Positions 40,890-53,975 of a DNA stretch of 64,000 nt are shown one piece after another. Within the stretch, counting starts at the first letter, position 1, and each line of letters opens with the position of its first letter. Where the stretch lies: assembly GCF_018350175.1 (NCBI RefSeq), contig NC_058373.1:112532001-112596000 (forward strand), written 5' to 3'. Position numbers and translations under genes: made by a program. The DNA is from Felis catus. Taxonomy: Eukaryota. The notes beneath the pieces were generated by a model. The model saw only the letters and a program-made list of their open reading frames with translations. It was not told the DNA's origin and made no database searches.

Positions 40890-41690
40890 CATCATTCATT
40901 AATTTACTGAACATTTTTACCAAGCTTTAAGTGACCACTGTGTGTCAGTTACAAAACTAACTCAAAATGTAATCTGTACCTTCCTAATCTAATGGGAAAT
41001 ATAGATCTCTGGGTAAATAATAAATATAACAACAACAACAACAACAACAAATCCCAGAATGCAGGTAAGAGTAAGGTACTACTTATAGTAGAAAAAGAGT
41101 ATATCTCTGATTCTAGAATCTAGATAAATCCTATGAAAGTGATATTTTTCTCCTGAAGGATGATTAGGAGAGTCAGGGATGCAGAAGGGCTTTCAGCTTA
41201 GGGATAATACAAAGACAAAGAGGCGAGGAAATGCCTAATGCGTTAATGAAACTACTGATAATTGTGCATGGCTAGAATAAAGAGGCTGTGAGAGTGTAAC
41301 AGGAAATGAGGAAAAAATGGAGTCAAAAATTGGGTTACAAAGGGAGTTGTTTCATCAAACTTAAGATATTAAATATAAAATAAGGATGCAACATGACAAA
41401 AATTACATTTTAGAAAGGTCTGACTGGTGCATCTATGATAAGGATACTGTTAAAACTGTGGTTAGAAATTATAAACTCTTAAATAGCAATCTGGAAGTAG
41501 AGGAATAAGTATTTTCAAGATAAATTAAACTAAGTAGAAATATGACTCAGTTACTAATTGTTGTGGAGAGTAAGAGGAAGACATCCAAGAATATTTCCAC
41601 AATTCTGACATGGACTTCTGGATGAAGTTATATTTACTACAGCAAAAATTGGAGAAAAGTAAAGGAGAAGCAGATTTTAGGTAGGGACAG
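40890..41690 (-). mobile_element. L2 3' remnant
   Basis: tcattcattaatttactgaacattt terminal motif followed by purine-rich L2-like sequence. Confidence 0.6.
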
Positions 41691-42596
41691 AAAATTAAAA
41701 TATTTCAGAGCAACTCTGAATTACCTTTGAACATCACTATTACCAATAAATTTGGACCTTTTTTTTTTTCTGGAATGGTTTCACTTATGGCAATAACCAC
41801 TATCTACATATTTCTTTATTTTATTACATAGGTAGTAGACTGTTTCATTCAGAGAAGTCATATAATTAAAACTTTTAAAAGAAATCTGTATTAAGAAAAT
41901 TAATGAATTATCATACTTAATACGTAAAATAAGTTAGGAAAGCCAGGCATAGTTATGCTTCAATAGGCAATTGTTGACAACATACAAAAAGAGATATGGA
42001 ACACTTTACATAATAAAGCAAATGTTAGGCTACCAAAAGGTGTCTCAGTAAATTTAAAAAGATTAAAATCATATAAAGTATCTTTTCTGACTACAATGGG
42101 ATGAAGCTAGAAATTAACAAAGGGGGGAAACTAGAAAATTGACAGTATGTGAAAATTAAGTAATTCATTCTTAACCAGTGGTTCAAAAAGTAGTCATTAG
42201 TAAAATATTTTGAGACAGATGAAAACAAAACACAACATACCAGAATTCATGAGATGCTGTGAAAGCACTGTTGAGAGGGATATTTATAGCTAGAAATGCC
42301 ATCATTAGAAAGGAAGAAATATCTCCAATGAATGAGCTAACTTTATACCTTGAAGAACTGGAAAAGAAGTGACAACTAAACCCCAAACTAGCAAACACAG
42401 TTGTGACAACAACATAGGAGTGGGAGGAGGATAGAGGTATAGAGTAGCAGAGTTTTTTTTTTTTTATGCTATTGAAGTTAAGTTATCGATTCAACCAGAT
42501 TGTTATAAATTTAGGAAGTTAAATATATTCCTCATGAAAGCCACAAAGAAAATATCTAAAAGATACATAACAGAAAATGACAAAGGAATCAAAATA

Positions 42597-42815
42597 CAGT
42601 AAAACCTTGGTTTCCAAACATAATTTGTTGTGGAGACATGCTAGTACATCAAAGCAAATTTCAAGAACCATTGCCTCAGTTTTGATCATGTGACATTCAG
42701 TATCATATACTACTCATAAGACATCACTCATTTATTAATTTGAAATTTATTAGAAATGTTTGCTCATCTTGCAGAACACTGAAAGAACATGTTATTTGTA
42801 ATCAAGCTTTTACTG
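42597..42815. mobile_element. Tigger-type (Tc1/mariner) MITE
   Basis: TIRs CAGTAAAA(C/G)CTTG(G/A)TT with TA TSDs at 42595-42596 and 42816-42817. Confidence 0.85.
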
Positions 42816-44699
42816 TAATTCATTACAAAGAAAAAGAAAAAAATCAGCTAAACACAAGATAAGACAATAATGCAAGGATAGAAAGAGGGAAAAAGAAAAG
42901 GGAGAAAGGAAGAAAATGGTAAGGATTTGGATGGAGACAAATGAAATACAGAAGAATAGAAAAACAACAGAGAAAATGAAACCAAAAGTTTGTTCTTTGA
43001 AAAGATTAAGAAAATCTTAGCTAGATTGACTAAGAAAAAAGAGAAGATACAAAAGCTAATCAGAGATGAAGGTGGGAATATTACTACCAACTTTCAAAAA
43101 TAAAAGGATTATAAAGAATACTGTGAACAATTGTATGCCCACAAATGGATGACCTAGATGAATAGACAGATTCCAAGAAACATGTGAATTACCTCAACTG
43201 ACAGAAGAAATAGGAAATATCAGCAGATCTATAACAAATAAAGAGATTGAACAGTAATCAAAAACCTCCCAACAAAGAAACATCTAGGACCAGATGACTT
43301 CACTTGTGAATGAAACCAAACACTTAAAGAAGAATTAGCACCAGTGCTTCTCAACATCTTCCAAAAAATTCAAGAGGATAGAACATTTGTAATGAGGCCA
43401 GCATAACCTTGATACAAAAGCCAGAAAAAGACATCACAAGAAAAGAAAATTACAGACCAGTATCCATTATGAATACATATAGGTACAAAAATACTCAAAA
43501 TACTAGGAAATTGAATTCAACAACATATCAAAAGGATTATACACCATGACCAGATAAGATTATCACAGGAATTCAAGAATAGTTCAATATAATAAAATCA
43601 CTGTAATACAACACATTAAAGAATGGGGAAAAAAAAAACCCACATCATCATCTCATTTGACACAAAATGCATTTAACAAAAATTTAAAATCTAACACCCT
43701 TTTTTGATGAAAATACTTTGAAAACTAGGAGTAGAAGGGCACTTCCTTAACATGACAAAAAACATGAAAAACACATCTAACATGCTCAGTGGTGAAAAAC
43801 GGAAAAACTTTTCTTTTAAATCCAGGAACAAGACAAGAGTGTTTATTTTCACCACTGATATTGAACACTGCATTGGAAGTTCTAGCCAAAGCATTTAGAC
43901 ATGGAAAAGAAATAAAAGACATCCATACTGTTCAGGAAAATGTAAATCTATTGCTAGTCACAGTTAACTCTGATTCTGTATATAGAATATCCTATGGAAT
44001 CCAAAAAAAAGTTATAGCCAACAAAAGAGTCCACTAAAATTGCAGGGTAGAAGAACACAAAAATTACGCAGTTCTATATACCAGCATAAACAATCTGAAA
44101 AGGAAATTAAAAGCAATTCCTTTTAAAATGCCATCTGAAAAGTAAAATGTCTAGGAATAAATTTAACCTAGGAAATAAAAGACTTGTACAGTGAAAAATT
44201 ACAAAAGCTGCTGAAAAAAACTGAAGATTAGCTAAAGAAATGAAAAGTCATCCCATGTTCATGGATTGGAGGACTTCATATTATTAAGATGTCAGTACTA
44301 GTCAATGTGATCTACAGATTCAGTGTAAACCCTATCAAAATTCAAACAGCCTTTTAAAAATAGAAATGAGAAAACCATACCTGAAATTATGAAATTACAA
44401 GGGGCCACAAACAGCCAAAACAATTATGTAAAAGAAGAACAAAATTGGAGAATGTTTCCCAATTTCAAAACTCACTACAAAGGTTACCAAAATCAAAACA
44501 GTGTGGCACTGTTATAAAATAGACCTATAGACCAGTGGAATAGAATTGAGGAACCAGAACTAAATCCATATATGTATGGGAAATTGATTTTAGACAAGGA
44601 TCCTTAGTCAAAGTTGTAACAACAGCTTTGGGAAAGAAAAGTCTCTTTAACAAATACTGCTAGAACAGCTGGATGATCTTGGATTTGGCAACGGATGTT

Positions 44700-45108
44700 T
44701 GTTTTTCATCATGTTAAGTGTACTCTTTAATCCCCATCACCTATTTCACCACCACCCCCAACCTCCCCTCTAGTAAACCTCAGTTCTCGATGGTTAAGAG
44801 TCTATTTCTTGGTTTATCTCTTTTTTCTCCTTTGTTCATTTATTTTAGTTCTTAAATTCTACACTTGAGTGAGATCATATGGTATTTGTCTTTCTCTGAC
44901 TTATTTCTCTTAGCAGTATATTCTCTAGCTCTATGCTGTTGTGAATGGCATTCTTTCTTATGGCTGAATAATATTCCATTGTATATATACCACATCTTTA
45001 TCCATTCATCTTCGATGGACATGTGGGCTGCTTCCATAATTTGGCTGTTGTAAATAATGCTTCAGTAAACATAGGGATGCATGTATCCTTTTGAATTACT
45101 ATTTCTGT
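44700..45108 (-). mobile_element. Carnivore L1 3' end nested in the older L1
   Basis: 3'UTR and ORF2 C-terminus (KSEKDKYHMISL); degenerate TSD AA(C/T)GGAT.TTT. Confidence 0.85.
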
Positions 45109-45233
45109 GATAATGGATTTTTATATACGATACCAATAACATTAGCAACGACAACAAAAAAAAAGATAAATTGGACTTAACCAAAATTAAAAGCCTTAGT
45201 ACGTCAACAGACATTATCAAGATAGAAAATGAA

Positions 45234-45283
45234 CTGGGTGTTGTATGGAAACCAATTTGACAATAAATTTTATATTAAAAAAA
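45234..45283 (+). mobile_element. 50-bp extreme 5'-truncated felid L1
   Basis: Last nucleotides of the felid L1 3'UTR plus A tail; TSD AGAAAATGAA at 45224-45233 / 45284-45293. Confidence 0.88.
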
Positions 45284-45573
45284 AGAAAATGAAAGAGATA
45301 AAATATTTGGAAAGCATATATTAGATAGCATTTAATATCCAGAATATGTAAAGAACTACAACTAAATAACAAAAAGACAACCCAATGTGAATGAAAATGG
45401 CCAGAGGACCTGAATAGAGATACTTCTCCAAAGAAGATAAACAAATGGCCAGCAAACATCTGAAAAGGTGCTCTACATCACTAGTTGTTATGGAAATACA
45501 AGTCAAAACTACAAAGAATTACCAGTTTATACTTATTAGGGTGGCCATTAAAAAACACACACACACACACACT

Positions 45574-45740
45574 GGGGCACCTGGGTGGTTCAGTCGGTTG
45601 AGTGTCCGACTTCGGCTCAGGTCATGATCTCATGGTCTGTGAATTCAAGCCCTGCGTTGGGCTCTGTGCTGACAGCTCAGAGCCTGGAGCCTGCTTCGGA
45701 TTCTGTGTCTCCCTCTCTCTCTGCCCTTCCCTCACTCATG

Positions 45741-45781
<41 letters not shown>

Positions 45782-45812
45782 AAAAATAAATAAACATTTG
45801 AAAAATAAATTA
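45574..45812 (+). mobile_element. CanSINE with (CT)n
   Basis: SINE head and tail; TSD AAAAAACACACA. Confidence 0.93.
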
Positions 45813-46689
45813 AAAAAACACACAAAGATAAAAATAACAAGTGTTGGTAAGCATGAATTAGAACCCTCACACATTGCTGGTGGTGACGTAAAATGGTATA
45901 GCCACTGTGAAAAACTGTTTGGCAGTGCTTGAGTGCTAAACTTAGAGTTACCATATGACTGAGCATTTCCACCTCCTAGTGGAATTAAAAAGACTCAGAT
46001 ACTTATATTCCAATGTTGGTTGCAGCATTATTCATAATAACAAAAAAATGGGAACAATTTTAAGTGTTCACTAACAGATGAATAGATAAAATGTAGTATA
46101 TATGCATCATGAGATATTATTCAGTCATTAAAAGGAATAAAGTGGTACTTGATACATGCTACAATGTGGATGCAGCTTGAAAACACTATGTGGAGTGAAA
46201 TTAGCCACACACAAAAGGACAGATATTTTATGATTCCACTTTTATGAGGTTCTTAAAGTAGTCGAATTCATAAAGAAAAAATCTGGAGAAAATGGGACAT
46301 CAATTACTTAATAGTTATAGATTTTCTGCTTATGTGATAGAAAGCTTGGAAATAGTAATGACAGTTGCATATCACTGTGAATGTAATTGACATCACTGAA
46401 TCATACATGTTAAAATGCAAATTTATTACATGTATTTTCCATGGCAAAATAAAAAGGAAAACAAAAACCAGATGACCATAAATGTGACTTTAATTTATGG
46501 ACTTTTAGTTGTACTCTGTTGCTATACGTCTGTCCTTATACCAGTACCACTTTGTATTGATTCCTGTAGCCTTCTAGTAACTTGAAATCAGCAAGTGGGA
46601 ATCCTCGAACTTTCTTCTTTTTGTGATTGACTATTGTGTGTCTCTTGAATTTTCATATGAGTTTTACAATCTTCTTATGAATTTTAGAA

Positions 46690-46865
46690 CTCGGTTCTTA
46701 AGCCAAGCTCTGCCATTACTAGTTCTGGGAATTTCAAAAAAATTGCTTGTCTCATTTTTTTCATAATCGTCATAGGTTATAGGAGTTAAATGAGAAAATA
46801 CATGTAAATACATGTAAATGCTCAATATACTAATACCAGTAGTATTGGTACTGTTATTATCACTG
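46690..46865 (+). mobile_element. MIR remnant
   Basis: gctctgccattactagttctggga...ttaaatgagaaaatacatgtaaa core. Confidence 0.7.
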
Positions 46866-47205
46866 TCACTGTCAATGTAATACCATTTTTATATATTGAC
46901 TAGAGTAAATTAGAACTCTACTAGTGTGTAGTCTTTCTTCAACAATGAGAAGTGTATTGTAATGGAAAGAACATGAAAATTGGAAAGATTCTGCCTTGAG
47001 TGCAGTAACAATGGAATATTGATAGTATGCTAAATTTATAAGTATTTTAAATCTGGCTATGTTTCTTGATGCCACAAAAATAGAAATGTATCTTCAGTAA
47101 TCAGTTCATGGGACAAAATTGATGGTGAAGTTACCGTAATTTGGTTTTAGTTGCGGAATAGGAAAAAAAGATAGTTTGAAGTAAGTTTATTCTTGAACTT
47201 TCTTT

Positions 47206-47427
47206 TTTTTATTTTTAAAATTTTTTAAAGTTTTTATTTATTTTTGAGACAGAGAGAGAGCATTAGCAGGGGAGGTGCAGAGAGAGAGGGAGACACAGAA
47301 TCTGAAGCAGGCTTCAGGCTCTGAGCTGTCAGCACAAAGCCCGATGTGGGGCTCAAACTCATGGAGTGTGAGATCATGACCTGAGCTGAAGTTGGACGCT
47401 TACCGACTGAGCCACCCAGGCACCCCC
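47206..47427 (-). mobile_element. CanSINE
   Basis: SINE body; TSD TGAACTTTCTTT. Confidence 0.93.
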
Positions 47428-47721
47428 TGAACTTTCTTTGTTTAAACTCAGTTATGACTCAGTTTTTTTGTTTGTTTGTTTCTTTGTTTTTTTTCATTAC
47501 TTCTAGACTGTTTCTTTTTATGAGATTTTTTTTTCTGATGTTATATCAGCTTAAATTTTTTTTTACTCTATGTTATGTATAATACAGAGGCCCTCCAAGT
47601 CTCCTTTGTTTTAGAATACAATTATCCTACTGTTTTGTCAGCATACTATTCATATGCATGTTATTTGTATCTCCCATATCCATTTTAATCCAAGTAGGTT
47701 CATATTAAATCATATTTTACT

Positions 47722-47779
<58 letters not shown>

Positions 47780-47995
47780 GAAATTTATTGACAAATTAGT
47801 TTCCATACAACACCCAGTGCTCATCCCAAAAGGTGCCCTCCTCAATACCCATCACCCACCCTCTCCTCCCTCCCACCCCCCATCAACCCTCAGTTTGTTC
47901 TCAGTTTTTAAGAGTCTCTTATACTTTGGCTTCTCCCACTCTAACCTGTTTTTTTTTTTTTTCCTTCCCCTCCCCCATGGGTTCCTGTTAAATTC

Positions 47996-50900
47996 TCAGG
48001 GTCCACATAAGAGTGAAACCATATGGTATCTGTCTTTCTCTGTATGGCTTATTTCACTTAGCATCACACTCTCCAGTTCCATCCACGTTGCTACAAAAGG
48101 CCATATTTCATTTTTTCTCATTGCCACGTAATATTCCATTGTGTATATAAACCACAATTTCTTTATCCATTCATCAGTTGATGGACATTTAGGCTCTTTC
48201 CATAATTTGGCTATTGTTGAGAGTGCTGCTATGAACATTGGGGTACAAGTGGCCCTATGCATCAGTACTCCTGTATCCCTTGGATAAATTCCTAGCAGTG
48301 CTATTGCTGGGTCATAGGGTAGGTCTATTTTTAATTTTCTGAGGAACCTCCACACTGCTTTCCAGAGCGGCTGCACCAATTTGCATTCCCACCAACAGTG
48401 CAAGAGGGTTCCCGTTTCTCCACATCCTCTCCAGCATCTAGAGTCTCCTGATTTGTTCATTTTGGCCACTCTGACTGGCGTGAGGTGATACCTGAGTGTG
48501 GTTTTGATTTGTATTTCCCTGATAAGGAGCGACGCTGAACATCTTTTCATGTGCCTGTTGGCCATCCGGATGTCTTCTTTAGAGAAGTGTCTATTCATGT
48601 TTTCTGCCCATTTCTTCACTGGGTTATTTGTTTTTCGGGTGTGGAGTTTGGTGAGCTCTTTATAGATTTTGGATACTAGCCCTTTGTCCGATATGTCATT
48701 TGCGAATATCTTTTCCCATTCCGTTGGTTGCCTTTTAGTTTTGTTGGTTGTTTCCTTTGCTGTGCAGAAGCTTTTTATCTTCATAAGGTCCCAGTAATTC
48801 ACTTTTGCTTTTAATTCCCTTGCCTTTGGGGATGTGTCGAGTAAGAGATTGCTACGGCTGAGGTCAGAGAGGTCTTTTCCTGCTTTCTCCTCTAAGGTTT
48901 TGATGGTTTCCTGTCTCACATTTAGGTCCTTTATCCATTTGGAGTTTATTTTTGTGAATGGTGTGAGAAAGTGGTCTAGTTTCAACCTTCTGCATGTTGC
49001 TGTCCAGTTCTCCCAGCACCATTTGTTAAAGAGGCTGTCTTTTTTCCATTGGATGTTCTTTCCTGCTTTGTCAAAGATGAGTTGGCCATACGTTTGTGGG
49101 TCTAGTTCTGGGGTTTCTATTCTATTCCATTGGTCTATGTGTCTGTTTCTGTGCCAATACCATGCTGTCTTGATGATGACAGCTTTGTAGTAGAGGCTAA
49201 AGTCTGGGATTGTGATGCCTCCTGCTTTGGTCTTCTTCTTCAAAATTCCTTTGGCTATTCGGGGCCTTTTGTGGTTCCATATGAATTTTAGGATTGCTTG
49301 TTCTAGTTTCAAGAAGAATGCTGGTGCAATTTTGATTGGGATTGCATTGAATGTGTAGATAGCTTTGGGTAGTATTGACATTTTGACAATATTTATTTTT
49401 CCAATCCATGAGCAGGGAATGTCTTTCCATTTCTTTAAATCTTCTTCAATTTCCTTCATAAGCTTTCTATAGTTTTCAGCATACAGATCCTTTACATCTT
49501 TGGTTAGATTTATTCCTAGGTATTTTATGCTTCTTGGTGCAATTGTGAATGGGATCAGTTTCTTTATTTGTCTTTCTGTTGCTTCATTGTTAGTGTATAA
49601 GAATGCAACTGATTTCTGTACATTGATTTTGTATCCTGCAACTTTGCTGAATTCCTGTATCAGTTCTAGTAGACTTTTGGTGGAGTCTATCGGATTTTCC
49701 ATGTATAATATCATGTCATCTGCAAAAAGCGAAAGCTTGACTTCGTCTTTGCCAATTTTGATGCCTTTGATTTCCTTTTGTTGTCTGATTGCTGATGCTA
49801 GAACTTCCAGCACTATGTTAAACAGCAGCGGTGAGAGTGGGCATCCTTGTCGTGTTCCTGATCTCAGGGAAAAAGCTCTCAGTTTTTCCCCGTTGAGGAT
49901 GATGTTAGCTGTGGGCTTTTCATAGATGGCTTTTATGATCTTTAAGTATGTTCCTTCTATCCCGACTTTCTCAAGGGTTTTTATTAAGAAAGGGTGCTGG
50001 ATTTTGTCAAAGGCCTTTTCTGCATCGATTGACAGGATCATATGGTTCTTCTCTTTTTTTTTGTTAATGTGATGTATCACGTTGATTGATTTGCGAATGT
50101 TGAACCAGCCCTGCATCCCAGGAATGAATCCCACTTGATCATGGTGAATAATTCTTTTTATATGCCGTTGAATTCGATTTGCTAGTATCTTATTGAGAAT
50201 TTTTGCATCCATATTCATCAGGGATATTGGCCTGTAGTTCTCTTTTTTTACTGGGTCTCTGTCAGGTTTAGGAATCAAAGTAATACTGGCTTCATAGAAT
50301 GAGTCTGGAAGTTTTCCTTCCCTTTCTATTTCTTGGAATAGCTTGAGAAGGATAGGTATTATCTCTGCTTTAAACGTCTGGTAGAACTCCCCTGGGAAGC
50401 CATCTGGTCCTGGACTCTTATTTGTTGGGAGATTTTTGATAACCGATTCAATTTCTTCACTGGTTATGGGTCTGTTCAAGCTTTCTATTTCCTCCTGATT
50501 GAGTTTTGGAAGAGTGTGGGTGTTCAGGAATTTGTCCATTTCTTCCAGGTTGTCCAGTTTGTTGGCATATAATTTTTCATAGTATTCCCTGATAATTGTT
50601 TGTATCTCTGAGGGATTGGTTGTAATAATTCCATTTTCATTCATGATTTTATCTATTTGGGTCATCTCCCTTTTCTTTTTGAGAAGCCTGGCTAGAGGTT
50701 TGTCAATTTTGTTTATTTTTTCAAAAAACCAACTCTTGGTTTCGTTGATCTGCTCTACAGTTTTTTTAGATTCTATATTGTTTATTTCTGCTCTGATCTT
50801 TATTATTTCTCTTCTTCTGCTGGGTTTAGGCTGCCTTTGCTGTTCTGCTTCTAGTTCCTTTAGGTGTGCTGTTAGATTTTGTATTTGGGATTTTTCTTGT

Positions 50901-51820
50901 TTCTTGAGATAGGCCTGGATTGCAATGTATTTTCCTCTCAGGACTGCCTTCGCTGCGTCCCAAAGCGTTTGGATTGTTGTATTTTCATTTTCGTTTGTTT
51001 CCATATATTTTTTAATTTCTTCTCTAATTGCCTGGTTGACCCACTCATTCGTTAGTAGGGTGTTCTTTAACCTCCATGCCTTTGGAGGTTTTCCAGACTT
51101 TTTCCTGTGGTTGATTTCAAGCTTCATAGCATTGTGGTCTGAAAGTATGCATGGTATAATTTCAATTCTTGTAAACTTATGAAGGGCTGTTTTGTGACCC
51201 AGTATGTGATCTATCTTGGAGAATGTTCCATGTGCACTCGAGAAGAAAGTATATTCTGTTGCTTTGGGATGCAGCGTTCTAAATATATCTGTCAAGTCCA
51301 TCTGATCCAATGTCTCATTCAGGGCCCTTGTTTCTTTATTGATCGTGTGTCTAGATGATCTGTCCATTTCTGTAAGTGGGGTGTTAAAGTCCCCTGCAAT
51401 TACCACATTCTTATCAATAAGATTGCTTATGTTTATGAGTAATTGTTTTATATATTTGGGGGCTCCGGTATTCGGCGCATAGACATTTATAATTGTTAGC
51501 TCTTCCTGATGGATAGACCCTGTAACTATTATATAATGTCCTTCTTCATCTCTTGTTACAGCCTTTAATTTAAAGTCTAGTTTGTCTGATATAAGTATGG
51601 CTACTCCAGCTTTCTTTTGGCTTCCAGTCGCATGATAAATAGTTCTCCATCCCCTCACTCTCAATCTAAAGGTGTCCTCAGGTCTAAAATGAGTCTCTTG
51701 TAGACAGCAAATAGATGGGTCTTGTTTTTTTATCCATTCTGATACCCTATGTCTTTTGGTTGGTGCATTTAATCCATTTACATTCAGTGTTATTATAGAA
51801 AGATACGGGTTGAGAGTCAT
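47996..51820 (-). CDS. L1 ORF2p (1274 aa from MTLNPYLS): APE endonuclease, reverse transcriptase, CCHC
   Basis: Uninterrupted ORF; TLNVNGL, CLQETH, GDFNTPL, SDHN endonuclease motifs; QGCPLSP and FADD RT motifs; [18 protein letters not shown] zinc knuckle. Confidence 0.97.
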   Translation of the reverse strand: MTLNPYLSIITLNVNGLNAPTKRHRVSEWIKKQDPSICCLQETHFRPEDTFRLRVRGWRTIYHATGSQKKAGVAILISDKLDFKLKAVTRDEEGHYIIVTGSIHQEELTIINVYAPNTGAPKYIKQLLINISNLIDKNVVIAGDFNTPLTEMDRSSRHTINKETRALNETLDQMDLTDIFRTLHPKATEYTFFSSAHGTFSKIDHILGHKTALHKFTRIEIIPCILSDHNAMKLEINHRKKSGKPPKAWRLKNTLLTNEWVNQAIREEIKKYMETNENENTTIQTLWDAAKAVLRGKYIAIQAYLKKQEKSQIQNLTAHLKELEAEQQRQPKPSRRREIIKIRAEINNIESKKTVEQINETKSWFFEKINKIDKPLARLLKKKREMTQIDKIMNENGIITTNPSEIQTIIREYYEKLYANKLDNLEEMDKFLNTHTLPKLNQEEIESLNRPITSEEIESVIKNLPTNKSPGPDGFPGEFYQTFKAEIIPILLKLFQEIEREGKLPDSFYEASITLIPKPDRDPVKKENYRPISLMNMDAKILNKILANRIQRHIKRIIHHDQVGFIPGMQGWFNIRKSINVIHHINKKKEKNHMILSIDAEKAFDKIQHPFLIKTLEKVGIEGTYLKIIKAIYEKPTANIILNGEKLRAFSLRSGTRQGCPLSPLLFNIVLEVLASAIRQQKEIKGIKIGKDEVKLSLFADDMILYMENPIDSTKSLLELIQEFSKVAGYKINVQKSVAFLYTNNEATERQIKKLIPFTIAPRSIKYLGINLTKDVKDLYAENYRKLMKEIEEDLKKWKDIPCSWIGKINIVKMSILPKAIYTFNAIPIKIAPAFFLKLEQAILKFIWNHKRPRIAKGILKKKTKAGGITIPDFSLYYKAVIIKTAWYWHRNRHIDQWNRIETPELDPQTYGQLIFDKAGKNIQWKKDSLFNKWCWENWTATCRRLKLDHFLTPFTKINSKWIKDLNVRQETIKTLEEKAGKDLSDLSRSNLLLDTSPKARELKAKVNYWDLMKIKSFCTAKETTNKTKRQPTEWEKIFANDISDKGLVSKIYKELTKLHTRKTNNPVKKWAENMNRHFSKEDIRMANRHMKRCSASLLIREIQIKTTLRYHLTPVRVAKMNKSGDSRCWRGCGETGTLLHCWWECKLVQPLWKAVWRFLRKLKIDLPYDPAIALLGIYPRDTGVLMHRATCTPMFIAALSTIAKLWKEPKCPSTDEWIKKLWFIYTMEYYVAMRKNEIWPFVATWMELESVMLSEISHTEKDRYHMVSLLCGP

Positions 51821-51870
51821 TGTGATGTCTGTATGATTTATGCTTGTAGTGATGTCTCTGGGACTTTGTC

Positions 51871-52764
51871 TCACAGGGTCCCCCTTAGGATCTCTTGTAG
51901 GGCTGGTTTAGTGGTGACAAATTCCTTCAGTTTTTGTTTGTTTGGGAAAACCTTTATCTCTCCTTCTATTCTAAATGACAGACTTGCTGGGTAAAGGATT
52001 CTCGGCTGCATATTTTTTCTGTCTAGCACCCTGAAAATCTCGTGCCAATTCTTTCTGGCCTGCCAAGTTTCAAAAGAGAGATCAGTCACGAGTCTTATAG
52101 GTCTCCCTTTATATGTGAGGGCACGTTTACCCCTTGCTGCTTTCAGAATTTTCTCTTTATCCTTGTATTTTGCCAGTTTCACTATGATATGTCGTGCAGA
52201 AGATCGATTCAAGTTACGTCTGAAGGGAGTTCTCTGTGCCTCTTGGATTTCAATGCCTTTTTCCTTCCCCAGTTCAGGGAAGTTCTCAGCTATTATTTCT
52301 TCAAGTACCCCTTCAGCACCTTTCCCTCTCTCTTCCTCCTCTGGGATACCAATTATGCGTATATTATTTCTTTTTAGTGTATCACTTAGTTCTCTAATTT
52401 TCCCCTCATACTCCTGGATTTTTTTATCTCTCTTTTTCTCAGCTTCCTCTTTTTCCATAACTTTATCCTCTAGTTCACCTATTCTCTCCTCTGCCTCTTC
52501 AAGCCGAGCTGTGGTGGTTTCCATTTTGTTATGCATTTCGTTTAAAGCGTTTTTCAGCTCCTCGTGACTGTTCCTTAGTCCCTTGATCTCTGTAGCAAGA
52601 GATTCTCTGCTGTCCTGTATACTGTTTTCAAGCCCAGCGATTAATTTTATGACTATTATTCTAAATTCACTTTCTGTTAAATTATTTAAATCCTTTTTGA
52701 TCAGTTCATTAGCTGTTGTTATTTCCTGGAGATTCTTCTGAGGGGAATTCTTCCGCTTGGTCAT
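51871..52764 (-). CDS. L1 ORF1p (297 aa from [10 protein letters not shown]): coiled-coil, RRM and CTD RNA chaperone
   Basis: Uninterrupted ORF; ATG at 52764; heptad coiled coil, [22 protein letters not shown] motifs. Confidence 0.96.
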   Translation of the reverse strand: MTKRKNSPQKNLQEITTANELIKKDLNNLTESEFRIIVIKLIAGLENSIQDSRESLATEIKGLRNSHEELKNALNEMHNKMETTTARLEEAEERIGELEDKVMEKEEAEKKRDKKIQEYEGKIRELSDTLKRNNIRIIGIPEEEERGKGAEGVLEEIIAENFPELGKEKGIEIQEAQRTPFRRNLNRSSARHIIVKLAKYKDKEKILKAARGKRALTYKGRPIRLVTDLSFETWQARKNWHEIFRVLDRKNMQPRILYPASLSFRIEGEIKVFPNKQKLKEFVTTKPALQEILRGTL

Positions 52765-53699
52765 TTTGGATAGTCCCTGGCGTGGTGAGGACCTGCAGGG
52801 CACTTCCCCTGTGTTGTGGTGTATAACTGGAGTTGGTGGGCGGGGCCGCAGTCAGACCTGATGTCTGCCCCCAGCCCACCGCTGGGGCCACAGTCAGACT
52901 GGTGTGTGCCTTCTCTTCCCCTCTCCTAGGGGCGGGATTCACTGTGGGGTGGTGTGGCCCGTCTGGGCTACTTGCACACTGCCAGGCTTGTGATGCTGGG
53001 GATCTGGCGTATTAGCTGGGGTGGGTAGGCAAGGTGCACGGGGGTAGGAGGGGCAGGCTTAGATCGCTTCTCCTTAGGTGATCCTCTTCAGGAGGGGCCC
53101 TGTGGCAGCAGGAGGGAGTCAGATCCGCTGCCGGAGGCTTGGCTCCGCAGAAGCACAGAGTTGGGTGTTTGCGCGGAGCGAGCAAGTTCCCCGGCAGGAA
53201 CTGGTTCTCTTTGGGATTTTGGCTGGGGGATGGGCGGGGGAGATGGCGCTGGCGAGCGCCTTTGTTCCCCACCAAGCTGAGCTCTGTCGTCAGGGGGCTC
53301 AGCAGCTCTCCCTCCCTTTGTCCTCCAGCCTTCCCGCTTTCCGAGCAGAGCTGCTAACTTATGTCCTCCCAGACGCTAAGTCGCGCTTGCTGTCGGAACA
53401 CAGTCCGTCAGGCCCCTCCGCTTTTGCCAGCCAGACTCGGGGGCTCTGCTTGGCCGGCGAGCCGCCCCTCCGCCCCGGCTCCCTCCCGCCAGTCCGTGGA
53501 GCGCGCACCGCCTCGCCGCCCTTCCTACCCTCTTCCGTGGGCCTCTCGTCTGCGTTTGGCTCCGGTGACTCCGTTCTGCTAATCCTCTGGCGGTTTTCTG
53601 GGTTATTTAGGCAGGTGTAGGTGGAATCTAAGTGATCAGCAGGACGCGCGGTGAGCCCAGGGTCCTCCTAAGCCGCCATCTTGCCGCTTCCCCTAGTCC
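52765..53699 (-). promoter_or_regulatory. L1 5'UTR internal Pol II promoter / CpG island with YY1 site
   Basis: GC- and CpG-rich; CAAGATGGCGGC (plus-strand gccgccatcttg 53672-53683) close to the 5' end, typical YY1 position. Confidence 0.85.
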
Positions 53700-53728
53700 T
53701 ACTTGCCTTTTTTTAACAGTTAAAACCA

Positions 53729-53950
53729 GAGATGGCTGGGTGGCTCAGTCAGTTGAATATCCAACCCTTGATTTCAACTCGGTCCATGATCATAGGGTCA
53801 TGGGATCAAGCCCCTCATAAGGCTCTTTGCTGAGCATGGAGCTTAAGATTCTCTCTCTCCCTCTGCCCCTCTTCCCTACTCACTCACTCACTCACTCACT
53901 CAATCTCTCTCTCTCTCTCTCTCTCTCTCAAATAAAAAATTAATTAAATT
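53729..53950 (+). mobile_element. CanSINE (older subfamily)
   Basis: SINE head, (CACT)n/(CT)n, A tail. Confidence 0.9.
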
Positions 53951-53975
53951 AAAACACTTAAGACCATTATGATTG

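Larger units (their letters stand above)
41980..46450 (+). mobile_element. Old L1 (L1MA/MB-like) ORF2 and 3'UTR with several nested insertions
   Basis: Degenerate ORF2 (GTRQECLFSPLILN; MASKHLKRCSTSL) through the 3'UTR. Confidence 0.85.
47726..53699 (-). mobile_element. Full-length young felid LINE-1, apparently intact
   Basis: CpG-rich 5'UTR, intact ORF1 and ORF2, AATAAA (47784-47789 on minus), pure 49-nt poly(A) 47726-47774, TSD TACTTGCCTTTTTTT (47718-47732 / 53700-53714), TT|AAAA endonuclease site. Confidence 0.98.

Noticed and set aside
51821..51874. N-terminal extension of ORF2 (and of ORF1 at 52765-52803) in the ORF track
   Set aside because: Both start at GTG codons; the first ATGs match the expected L1 protein starts.
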